Below, one piece after another: positions 47,209 through 55,330 of a stretch of DNA of 64,000 nt. This DNA comes from Chthonomonadales bacterium (lineage in GTDB: Bacteria; Armatimonadota; Chthonomonadetes; Chthonomonadales; CAJBBX01). The number at the start of each line of letters is the position of its first letter. Position 1 is the stretch's first letter. The position numbers and the translations under genes are program-made. The notes below the pieces were generated by a model. That model saw only the letters and a program-made list of their open reading frames with translations, made no database searches and was not told the origin of the DNA. Location of the stretch: contig JADLGO010000052.1 of the NCBI GenBank assembly GCA_020849275.1, positions 52,039-116,038 on the forward strand, given 5' to 3'.

Positions 47209-48141
47209 ATGGCTGCTGCCGTCAGCATCCAGGGCCTTACAAAGAAATACCTCGACGTCTTCAGCAAGACCGAGATCACCGCGGTCGACCAGTTGAGCCT
47301 CGACGTTGAGGAGGGCGAGATCTTCGGTTTCCTCGGGCGGAACGGCGCCGGCAAGACCACCACCATCAAGATGCTCCTCGGCCTCATCTTCGCCACCGAA
47401 GGCACCGCCACCGTCCTTGGCAAGCCCATCGGAGACATCGACGTCAAGGCGCAGATCAGCTACCTCCCCGAGGAGGCCTACTTCTACGAGTCGATGAGCG
47501 GTTGGGACATCCTGGACTTCTACGGTCGCCTCTTCCGCATTTCCGAGCCGACGCGCTCCGAGCGGATCAAGAAGGCACTGGACGACGTCTACCTGGACCC
47601 CAAGGCCTGGCGGCGCCCACTGCGTGGTTACTCGAAAGGCATGCGCCAGCGCATCGGCATCGCGCAGGCCCTGATCAACGACCCCAAGCTGCTCCTCCTC
47701 GACGAGCCGACCTCCGGGCTGGACCCGATCGCCCACGCCGAGCTTCGCGACATCGTCGCCAACGTCGGGCGCCAGGGCAAGACGGTGTTCCTCAGCTCCC
47801 ATCAGCTTCCCGACGTCGAGCTCGTTTGCTCGCGCGTCTCGATCATCCACCACGGCAAGCTGCTGGCGGTCGGCAAGATCAGCGAGTTGACCGCTGGCGA
47901 TAAGGTGGAGATCCGGGCATCCGGCGTGACCAACGGCGTTGTCGAGCAGATTCGGGGCATCGCGGGGCCCGTCGAGCAGCGCGATGGCCAGATCCGCATC
48001 GCCTCGGCCGATCCAGAGCATGTGAGCGGCGTGATCGACCTGGTGCGCGGCGCCAAGGGCAGCGTGCTGGCCGTCGTACCGCACAAGCGGACCCTTGAGG
48101 AAGTCTTCGTCGACGTCGTCATGAAGGCAGGAGGTGAGTAG
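47209..48141 (+). CDS. ABC transporter ATP-binding protein
   Basis: Walker A GRNGAGKTT, signature YSKGMRQRIGIA, Walker B LLLLDEPTSGLD. AAGGAGG RBS. Confidence 0.9.
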   Translation: MAAAVSIQGLTKKYLDVFSKTEITAVDQLSLDVEEGEIFGFLGRNGAGKTTTIKMLLGLIFATEGTATVLGKPIGDIDVKAQISYLPEEAYFYESMSGWDILDFYGRLFRISEPTRSERIKKALDDVYLDPKAWRRPLRGYSKGMRQRIGIAQALINDPKLLLLDEPTSGLDPIAHAELRDIVANVGRQGKTVFLSSHQLPDVELVCSRVSIIHHGKLLAVGKISELTAGDKVEIRASGVTNGVVEQIRGIAGPVEQRDGQIRIASADPEHVSGVIDLVRGAKGSVLAVVPHKRTLEEVFVDVVMKAGGE

Positions 48142-48143
48142 GC

Positions 48144-48911
48144 GTGGTAACGCTGGCAATCGCCAAACAGACGCTTGAGGACATGCTGCGGCGCAAGATC
48201 CTCCTGGTGCTGCTGATCGTCGCCGTGGGCATGATCGCCCTCGGGCCGTCGGTGGGCTTCCTGAGCCCGCGCGAGAGCTCCGCCGTGCTCCGCAGCCTCG
48301 GGTTGGCCGTCATCCTGCTTGCTGGACTGCTCATCACCATCATCGCCGGTATCCAGGTGATCCCCACGGAGATCGAGCGACGGACCATCTACACGGTGCT
48401 GTCGAAGCCCGTGCAACGGTATGAGTTTGTGCTGGGCAAGTTTCTGGGCGGCCTCGCCACGGTGTTCGTGATGATCGTTGCCATGGGCGCGGTGTTTCTG
48501 GGCGTGCTGGCGTTCCAGGAGAAGTCGTTCTCCCCGGAGATGGCCAAGGGCGTCGTGATGACGTTCTTTCAGATGACACTGCTGGGGGCGCTCGCGATCT
48601 TCTTCAGCACATTCGCCACCCCCGTTGTGAACTTCTTCATGTCGTTCGGGCTGTTCATCGTTGGCAATCTGTCGACCGTCACGGAGTCGCTGCTGACGAA
48701 CAAGAACCCATTCACGCGGATCCTGGCAACCGGAATCCACTATGTGATCCCGAACTTCGGGAACTTCAATATGCAGAACAAGCTGATCCACCCTCAGGTC
48801 ACGATCACGAACGAGAACGTCTTCATCATGCAGAATGTCGTATACGCGGTGATCTACTCCTGCGTGCTCCTCGTCCTCGCGATTCTGATCTTTGACCGGC
48901 GCGAGGTCTAG
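48144..48911 (+). CDS. ABC-2-type transporter permease
   Basis: Six predicted TM helices. GTG start 3 nt after the ATPase stop. Confidence 0.8.
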   Translation: MVTLAIAKQTLEDMLRRKILLVLLIVAVGMIALGPSVGFLSPRESSAVLRSLGLAVILLAGLLITIIAGIQVIPTEIERRTIYTVLSKPVQRYEFVLGKFLGGLATVFVMIVAMGAVFLGVLAFQEKSFSPEMAKGVVMTFFQMTLLGALAIFFSTFATPVVNFFMSFGLFIVGNLSTVTESLLTNKNPFTRILATGIHYVIPNFGNFNMQNKLIHPQVTITNENVFIMQNVVYAVIYSCVLLVLAILIFDRREV

Positions 48912-48920
48912 GAGGGCCGC

Positions 48921-50399
48921 ATGAGCCATTCACTGCGACGCAGCCTGGCGGCCGCCATCATCCCCCTCATGGTGGTGGTAGCGCTGCTTCAGAGCCGCAT
49001 CGACCCCACGGTGCGCGAGCTCAACCGGGGGCAGAAGAGCGGGCTCGTCGGTCTGTCCAACGAGTTCGTGCTCGGGCCGCTGCTCGGTATGCAGCAGGCC
49101 GTCGCCGGCCTGCTCTGGGTCCGCGCCGACGAGTTCTTTCACTCGGGCGACTACGACGCGATTCTGCCCATCGTACGCATGGTGACGTGGCTCGACCCGC
49201 ACCAGCTCGACGTCTACATCACGGGGGCCTGGCATCTCGCCTACAACTTCACCGACTCCAACGAGCGCAGCGACCGCCGCTACATCCCGGCCGCCCAGAA
49301 GCTGCTGGAAGAGGGCGACGCCAACAATCCCCAGGTGTACGACATCGCCTTCGAACTCGGCTGGCAGAACACGGACAAGATCAAGAACTACGACCGGGCC
49401 GAGCACTGGTTCGAGGTCTGCACGCGCCGCAAGGCCGCCGACGACACCGGCCGCTTCAACAAGCCCGTCCCGATGTTCGTGTGGCATCAGCTCGCGCACG
49501 CGCTCGCCCGCCAGGGCCGGATCGACGATAGCGTGGAGGTCTGGAAGCGATCCCTGGCGATGACCGAGGACAAGCTCAAGGCCAACCCGAAGGACTTCTC
49601 GCTGCGCAACGTGCGCGACAGTGAGCGGCATAACCTGGAGCTCACGCTCAAGCGAGAGTTCAGCCGCTACACGCATCAGATCGACTGGGAGCTGGACAGG
49701 AAGAGCGGCGCGACAGTCGACTACGCCACCGGTGTCCCATCGCCGCGTGACATCTACATATTCCTGTCTTCGTCGGATGTCGCCAGGCGCGCGGCCGCCT
49801 TCCGCGCGGCAGGCGAGCCGGTGCCGCCGATGGCCGTAGGGCAGCCCCAGCCGCCGGCCATCGACCCGAAGTGGGACACGGCCTTCAACGTGCGGCCCGA
49901 GTTCATCGCGCCGAAGGTACTGATGCCGCACGGCCAGTTCAACGTGGGCGACGGCGCGCGCGTGACGATCCGGCTCCAGGACGAGGGCTGGCGCGAGAAG
50001 CAGCTCAAGGAGTTCTCCTTCAACGTCGATCAATCGCAGACCATCATGCAGGACCAGCACTCCGTGCGGGCCGCGACGTGGGGGCGCAAGATCGATATGA
50101 GCAAGGACCCCAAGATGTACAGCTTCAGCAGCCCGACCTACTTCCTGATCTTCGAGTTCAACCCGCGGGGCACGTCGCCGTTCATCCAGGACCGCTTCGG
50201 CTGGAGCGGCGAGGGGATGACCGACAAGCACTACCTCTGGGTGGACGAGTCGGTCAGCCCGCCGATGCGTGTGATCCGCAAGATCTACCGGATCACACGC
50301 AACCAGGTGCTCGGGACCGACCCGATCACGGAGGCGGACGTGGTGCCGAACGCGGAGTACGCGCGGATCCAGGGGCAAAAGGGGGAGTCCGGAAGCTGA
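48921..50399 (+). CDS. membrane-anchored hypothetical protein co-operonic with the ABC-2 transporter
   Basis: N-terminal TM (AAIIPLMVVVALL), then a helical-repeat-like region followed by a beta-rich C-terminal half. Clean ORF with normal amino-acid composition, visibly less GC-rich than its neighbours. No family recognised. Confidence 0.65.
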   Translation: MSHSLRRSLAAAIIPLMVVVALLQSRIDPTVRELNRGQKSGLVGLSNEFVLGPLLGMQQAVAGLLWVRADEFFHSGDYDAILPIVRMVTWLDPHQLDVYITGAWHLAYNFTDSNERSDRRYIPAAQKLLEEGDANNPQVYDIAFELGWQNTDKIKNYDRAEHWFEVCTRRKAADDTGRFNKPVPMFVWHQLAHALARQGRIDDSVEVWKRSLAMTEDKLKANPKDFSLRNVRDSERHNLELTLKREFSRYTHQIDWELDRKSGATVDYATGVPSPRDIYIFLSSSDVARRAAAFRAAGEPVPPMAVGQPQPPAIDPKWDTAFNVRPEFIAPKVLMPHGQFNVGDGARVTIRLQDEGWREKQLKEFSFNVDQSQTIMQDQHSVRAATWGRKIDMSKDPKMYSFSSPTYFLIFEFNPRGTSPFIQDRFGWSGEGMTDKHYLWVDESVSPPMRVIRKIYRITRNQVLGTDPITEADVVPNAEYARIQGQKGESGS

Positions 50400-50487
50400 G
50401 GCCGGCCGCGTAGCGGGCGCCGCGGGTAGACGCTCGCCCGCAGCCCTTCGTCGTGCCACGGCCGGCGCGCGCCGTGATCCGCGATCG

Positions 50488-50518
50488 TTGAGAGGATTCC
50501 CGGAGGGCTCCGTATAAA
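50488..50518 (+). promoter_or_regulatory. possible promoter of the SRP RNA gene (TTGAGA-19-TATAAA)
   Basis: cgTTGAGAggattcccggagggctccgTATAAAggaactg. The spacer is long (19 nt). The -10 sits about 8 nt before the proposed RNA 5' end. Confidence 0.35.
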
Positions 50519-50526
50519 GGAACTGT

Positions 50527-50798
50527 GATCGTGCTAGATGGGGAGCTAGCGGTGCCCTGTACCCGCAATCCGCTATAGCGGGGTCGAACTCCCTGCTCCC
50601 GGTGTGGTCTCATTCCGGTTCAACAACCCGAGGCGGTGTTGATGGGCGGGCTCCGCGCATCGGACGGCGTTCGAACCGTGTCAGGGCCGGAAGGCAGCAG
50701 CACTAAGGACGACCGTTCGAGTGCCGCGTGACCACCTGGCCGGAGCCGTTACGGACTGCTTCCGGGCGTGAGGCGCATCAAAAGCGGGGTGCACGATC
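50527..50798 (+). ncRNA. ffs: signal recognition particle RNA, long Bacillus-type with Alu domain
   Basis: Helix-8 core GUCAGGGCCGGAAGGCAGCAGC at 50679..50700. The 5' segment GUGCUAGAUGGGGAGCUAGCGGUGCCCUGUACCCGCAAUCCGCUAUAGCGGGGUCGAACUCCC matches my memory of the B. subtilis scRNA Alu domain (GCGGUGCCCUGUACCUGCAAUCCGCUCUAGCAGGGCCGAAUCCC). Terminal pairing GAUCGUGC (50527..) with GCACGAUC (..50798). Classic position upstream of dnaX. Confidence 0.85.
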
Positions 50799-50883
50799 CT
50801 CTTCTTTCGTGGAGATCGGGTGCAAGACGCCTCGCCGGCGCGCCCACGCTGACGCCGGCGTCTCGCCTTGCACCCTTTCCGCC

Positions 50884-52686
50884 ATGGCCTACCTAGCCCT
50901 CTATCGCAAGTACCGGTCGCAGTCCTTCGACGAGTTGATCGGCCAGCAGCACGTGACCACCGTGCTGCGCAACGCCCTGCGGCTCGGTCGGGTTGCCCAC
51001 GCCTACCTGTTCTGCGGACCGCGCGGCTGCGGCAAGACCTCGACCGCCCGCCTTCTGGCGCGCGCCCTCAACTGCCTGGCCGCGCCCGGCCCCACCGAAG
51101 CGCCCTGCGGAGCGTGCGAGATGTGCGCGCGCATTCGCGAGGGCAGCGCGATTGACGTGATCGAGATGGACGCCGCCTCCGAGACCGGCATCGACGACGT
51201 CCGCGAAAAGATCATTGAGAACGCGAAGTACTCGCCGGCCGAGGCGCGCTTTAAGGTCTACATCATCGACGAGGTGCACGACCTCTCGCAGAAGGCGTTC
51301 GACTCGCTGCTGAAGACCATCGAGGAGCCGCCGGCGCACGTGGTCTTTGTGCTGGCGACCACCGAGGCCCACAAGGTGCCCGTCACCGTCCGCTCACGCT
51401 GCCAGCGCATGGACTTCCGGCGTGGTACGCTTGCGGACCTGGTAGCCAACATCGCGCGCGTGCTCGACGCGGAGGGCCTGCCCTATGAGCCGGCGGCCCT
51501 CGGCGCGGTCGCGCGCGCGGCCGAGGGCAGCTTCCGCGACTCGCTGAGCCTGCTGGAGCAGGTCCTGGCCTACGCCGACGGCCGCCTCACGGCCGAGGCC
51601 GTGCATGCCGCGATTGGCTCCGTCGGCCCGGAGGTGCTGGACGATCTCACCTGCGCGCTGGCATCCGACGAGATGTCGGCGGCGCTGTCTCGCGCCGCCG
51701 ACATCGTCGAGTCCGGCAAGGATGTCCGGCAGGTGCTTGCAGGTCTCCAGTCCCACCTGCGCGACGTGCTGGTGGCCAGCTTCTGCGCTAGCCCGGCAGG
51801 CATGCCCGACGTGTCTGCCGAGCGTTTCGAGCAGCTTGCCCGGCAGGCGCGCCTGTTCAGCGCGGACCAGCTCCTCGGCATGCTGGACGTGCTGGCTTCC
51901 GCGGAGCGCGACCTGCGGCACACAAGCATGCAGCGCCTGCTGCTGGAGCGCGCGCTCTGGAGCGCGCTGCCCTCGCGCCTGGCCGCGCGCGCCGAGCGAG
52001 CGCCGAGCGAGCGAGCGCCTGCGTCGCCGCCGGCTTCGCGGCCGGCGAATGCCGGCGCCCCTCCCACGCCGTCCGCGTGGTCGACTGCTGGCGAACGTGC
52101 GCCGGGGATCGAGCCGCCGCCGCGCGCCACCCGCGCGGGCGCGGCGGCCAGGGCCGAGGGCGCCCCGGTCCCGCCCCCCGCCGGCCGCTTCGCGCCTCCA
52201 GTCGATCTGGAGGTGGTGCGCCGTGTCTGGCCGCGTGTACGCTCGCGCGTCACCCAGAGCTTCCGCGCTGCCGGCGCCATCTTCGGCGAGGAGCAGGTGG
52301 TCGCGATCGAGGGCAGCCAGGTCGTGGTCGCGTTCCCCAACGAGTTCGTGCGGAGCCGCGCGGACAAGCCTCGCGCGAAGGCCGTCCTGCAGGAGGTGCT
52401 CTGCGAGGAGCTCGGGGCTCCAGGCTATCGCGTGCGGTGTGAGCTTCTGCAGCCGGGATCCCAGGCCCCTCCCGCGCCCTCGGCCGCCCTCGGGCCGCTG
52501 GATCTGGGGTCCGAGCCCGAGCCGCTACCCGAGCCCGTCGTGCCGACGGCCCCCATGTCGGCGGCGCAGGGCGCGGCGCCGGCAGGCGCCGATGAGGCGG
52601 CGCGACGCACCGGGGGCGACCGCGCCGACGAGGAGTTCCTGACCCTCGTGATGGACGAGTTCAACGGCAGGATCGTCGACGACTAG
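50884..52686 (+). CDS. dnaX: DNA polymerase III subunit gamma/tau
   Basis: MAYLALYRKYRSQSFDELIGQQHV, GPRGCGKTS Walker A, zinc module CGACEMC, IIDEVH, SRCQRMDF, and a long Ala/Pro-rich C-terminal linker. The track start at 50728 overlaps the SRP RNA and was rejected. Confidence 0.9.
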   Translation: MAYLALYRKYRSQSFDELIGQQHVTTVLRNALRLGRVAHAYLFCGPRGCGKTSTARLLARALNCLAAPGPTEAPCGACEMCARIREGSAIDVIEMDAASETGIDDVREKIIENAKYSPAEARFKVYIIDEVHDLSQKAFDSLLKTIEEPPAHVVFVLATTEAHKVPVTVRSRCQRMDFRRGTLADLVANIARVLDAEGLPYEPAALGAVARAAEGSFRDSLSLLEQVLAYADGRLTAEAVHAAIGSVGPEVLDDLTCALASDEMSAALSRAADIVESGKDVRQVLAGLQSHLRDVLVASFCASPAGMPDVSAERFEQLARQARLFSADQLLGMLDVLASAERDLRHTSMQRLLLERALWSALPSRLAARAERAPSERAPASPPASRPANAGAPPTPSAWSTAGERAPGIEPPPRATRAGAAARAEGAPVPPPAGRFAPPVDLEVVRRVWPRVRSRVTQSFRAAGAIFGEEQVVAIEGSQVVVAFPNEFVRSRADKPRAKAVLQEVLCEELGAPGYRVRCELLQPGSQAPPAPSAALGPLDLGSEPEPLPEPVVPTAPMSAAQGAAPAGADEAARRTGGDRADEEFLTLVMDEFNGRIVDD

Positions 52687-52744
52687 CGATGGCATCGGGG
52701 CCCGCCGGGCAGCCGGCGCGCCGGCAGGATGGGAGGCAATCGGC

Positions 52745-53098
52745 ATGGGCAAGGGATTCGGCGGCCGCGGCGGCTTCGGCGGCATGGGCGACATCGCCAA
52801 GCTGATGAAGCAGGCCCAAAAGGTGCAGGAGGACATGCTCGAGGCCCAGGAGGCGCTCCAGGAGGAGCGCGTCGAGGCGACCTCCGGCGGCGGCGCGGTC
52901 AAGGCGATCGTAAATGGGAAGGGGCGGCTCGTCTCCGTCGAGATCAAGCCGGAGGCCGTCGATCCCGAGGACGTCGAGATGCTTCAGGACCTGCTCGTCA
53001 CGGCGATACGGGAAGCCGAGGAGAAGGCGGAGGAGGTCGAGCTGGAGCGCATGAAGGGGCTGACCGGGGGCATGGGCCTGCCGCCGGGCCTCTTCTGA
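52745..53098 (+). CDS. ybaB: nucleoid-associated protein YbaB/EbfC
   Basis: MGDIAKLMKQAQKVQEDM...GGGAVKAIVNGKGRLVSVEI. 117 aa, immediately after dnaX. Confidence 0.9.
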   Translation: MGKGFGGRGGFGGMGDIAKLMKQAQKVQEDMLEAQEALQEERVEATSGGGAVKAIVNGKGRLVSVEIKPEAVDPEDVEMLQDLLVTAIREAEEKAEEVELERMKGLTGGMGLPPGLF

Positions 53099-53118
53099 GC
53101 CCGCCGTCACCTGCACAT

Positions 53119-53160
53119 GCCTGCTCGCCCGGCCCCGGCGCCGGGGCCGGGCGAGCAGGC
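53119..53160. terminator. 42-nt perfect GC-rich palindrome between convergent genes (bidirectional terminator-like, no U-tract)
   Basis: GCCTGCTCGCCCGGCCCCGG|CGCCGGGGCCGGGCGAGCAGGC. Lies between the ybaB stop (53098) and the minus-strand gene stop (53162). Confidence 0.45.
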
Positions 53161-53161
53161 G

Positions 53162-55210
53162 TCACTTCTCGGCGATCAGTGCGTGGTAGCGCCCAAGCCA
53201 GTAGGGGAGCAGCCAGGCCGCGCCGTCCTCTTCGCTCGTGCCATTGCCGCCGCCGTCCGGCTGCCAGGGGTTGGTTGCCCAGCGCATCAGGCGGCGCTCA
53301 CTGGCCGGCAGCACGCGGTCGGTCTCCGTGTGGGCCACCCCGAGCCCCGAGCGGAGCGTGATGTCGGTGCGCTGTGTGTTGCGGATCTCCCAGTTGACGA
53401 GCTCCCAGGGCCAGTCGCGCAGCGTCTCGACGGCGGCCTGTGCGCGGCATGGCCGGCCGGTGGTTGCGCCGAAGATGAAGCTGTAGAACGGGCCGTTCTC
53501 CTCCTGCAGGCCCGCCGTGATGGGACCCCCATCCCACGTCCCCGCGATGCTCGCCTCGAGCACGGCCCGGCGCCGGGGGTCGCGCTCCAGCATGAGCAGC
53601 GGGTAGTACACGCAGTAGGCGAGCTCGTCGTCGGAGTGGTTGATGGCGTACCACGGCGCGTTGCGGCGGTAAGCAAGCGTGTTGATCAGGTAGTGGTGGT
53701 TGGTGATCAGGTCGTTGTACGCGTCCAGGTACCGCCGATCGCCGCAGATGTGGTGCGCCACCCGCAGGTAGCAAAGCATCTCGATGGAGTTGAGGCCCCG
53801 CTCGTCAACCCACGTGGGGTCCTCGTTGAGGTACTGGGGCCCGAAGACGCCCCACCGGGTCTTTCGCCCCGTGTGGCCGATGAGCGTGTAGCCGTGACTC
53901 AGCAGGTTGTCCGTCACGGCCGCCACCACGGCCCGCAGCTCCTTGCGCTCCGCCTCATCCGCCACGAGCTCGTCAAACACGTACCAGGCGAAGTAGTGCC
54001 CGTCAAGCTCGTCCGAGGAGGTATCGCCTTTCGCCAGCACGTCGGGGTGGGTCGGCGAGGTGTACCATATCTTGTCTGTCTCGCCCGGCGCGCGCACCGT
54101 CTCGTTCGGGTCATACCCGGTCACGGTCTCGCCCTTGCGGATGATCGCGCGGGCGGGGAACCCGGGGTAGCCGCTCAGGCGGACAAGGTCGAGCAGGGCG
54201 TTCATGCCGCGGACGGCGCGGGCGCGCGCCTCTGGCTCGCGCGTGGCGGCGTAGCGGAACGACTCGGCGGCGACGTAGATGGCCGTCCAAAGGCCGTCGT
54301 TGTCGCTCGCCTCGGGGATGTGGCCCATCTCGGGCTTGCCGGCCACCTTGAGCCCCGCGCCAGTGATCCAACCCCCGCGGTCGTGGCGCTTCTGCGTGAG
54401 CTCCTCGTAGTGGCGCGCCTTATCGGCCAGGGTGATGGAGCGCTCGCCGATCTCGGCAACGCCTCCGTCGGTCGCCAGCCACGCCGTCCCATCGGGCCCC
54501 ACGGCGATGTCGCGCACCTCGTTCCCGGGCAGCCAGCGCCGGCCCCAGAAATAGCGCCAGGAGCCGTTGCGGAGGCGCCATGCCCCTTGCGTCGTGCCGC
54601 CCCAGACATCGCCGTTCGGCGCGATCGCGATGCAGAGCATGTCCTCGTAGGGCATGCCGGCCGCGCGGTTCAGCGGCTGCCACCAGTCAGCGCCGTCGGT
54701 CAGGTAGGCTCCAGCGGACGTGGCCAGCCACACGATGCCGTCGCTGCCCTCGGCAACCTGGCGGATCACGGTGTCTACATTGGGCATCGGCTGGTAGGCG
54801 CGGTAGCTGCGGGGAAGGTCGAGCGGCCCCCACTTCCCACCGGCGTGGCGAAAGGCGCCCTGCTCCGTCGTGGCCCACCAGTCGCCTCTGCGGGCGCGTG
54901 CCGCGCTCGTCACGGCGGTCGGTAGGCCGTCCGGCAGGTCGGTGGCGCGCGGCGGCAGGTCGGTGGCGGCGGCGGGCTGCCAGCGGCCGCCAGCGAGCGC
55001 TGCGGCTCCGTTGGGCCCTGCGGCAAGCACGCGCCCATCGCGCACCACCACGCGCGTCAGGCCGCCCTCGGGCAGGCCCTCCCGCGCCGTGTACCGCGTC
55101 GCGACGATCTGGGGATAGCGGCCGACGCGCAGCGTCTCGCTGGCGCGGGCGGGGTCCGGCGCGGCGGCCGTGATAAGCGCCGAGGTCAGCAGCGGCATGG
55201 CTGGCAGCAT
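53162..55210 (-). CDS. secreted protein: N-terminal beta-propeller repeats (two-component-regulator-propeller-like) + C-terminal alpha-helical (possibly alpha/alpha-barrel glycosidase-like) domain
   Basis: Signal peptide MLPAMPLLTSALITAAAP. Repeated W..T..G...... motifs (WWATTEQGAF, VWLATSAGAY, VWGGTTQGAW, AWLATDGGVA). The C-terminal half is rich in aromatic/helical segments. GGAGG RBS before the ATG at 55210. Confidence 0.65.
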   Translation of the reverse strand: MLPAMPLLTSALITAAAPDPARASETLRVGRYPQIVATRYTAREGLPEGGLTRVVVRDGRVLAAGPNGAAALAGGRWQPAAATDLPPRATDLPDGLPTAVTSAARARRGDWWATTEQGAFRHAGGKWGPLDLPRSYRAYQPMPNVDTVIRQVAEGSDGIVWLATSAGAYLTDGADWWQPLNRAAGMPYEDMLCIAIAPNGDVWGGTTQGAWRLRNGSWRYFWGRRWLPGNEVRDIAVGPDGTAWLATDGGVAEIGERSITLADKARHYEELTQKRHDRGGWITGAGLKVAGKPEMGHIPEASDNDGLWTAIYVAAESFRYAATREPEARARAVRGMNALLDLVRLSGYPGFPARAIIRKGETVTGYDPNETVRAPGETDKIWYTSPTHPDVLAKGDTSSDELDGHYFAWYVFDELVADEAERKELRAVVAAVTDNLLSHGYTLIGHTGRKTRWGVFGPQYLNEDPTWVDERGLNSIEMLCYLRVAHHICGDRRYLDAYNDLITNHHYLINTLAYRRNAPWYAINHSDDELAYCVYYPLLMLERDPRRRAVLEASIAGTWDGGPITAGLQEENGPFYSFIFGATTGRPCRAQAAVETLRDWPWELVNWEIRNTQRTDITLRSGLGVAHTETDRVLPASERRLMRWATNPWQPDGGGNGTSEEDGAAWLLPYWLGRYHALIAEK

Positions 55211-55330
55211 GAAGGTTGCCTCCGTGGGATGGCGCGCGCCGCGCGAGGGCGGCCCGCACGGCGGCGCAGGGCCGGCGTCGGCCTGGCCCACGGTCATTAT
55301 ACCGGCTCCATCGGGAGGTGAGGCAGGGGG

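Noticed and set aside
48930-50459. 509-aa minus-strand ORF
   Set aside because: Antisense to the 492-aa plus-strand gene, which has a normal amino-acid composition and a TM anchor. The minus-strand product is Arg/Leu/Val/Asp low-complexity.
50541-50602. tRNA-like element (GGGAGC...GGGGTCGAACTCCC...GCTCCC with a T-arm-like stem-loop)
   Set aside because: Only about 62 nt, with no D or anticodon arms. It corresponds to helices 3/4 of the Alu domain of the long SRP RNA, so it is not a tRNA or tmRNA.
50728-50883. Upstream 52 codons of the track dnaX ORF
   Set aside because: They overlap the 3' half of the SRP RNA. The canonical DnaX N-terminus (MAYLALYRKYRSQSF) begins at 50884.
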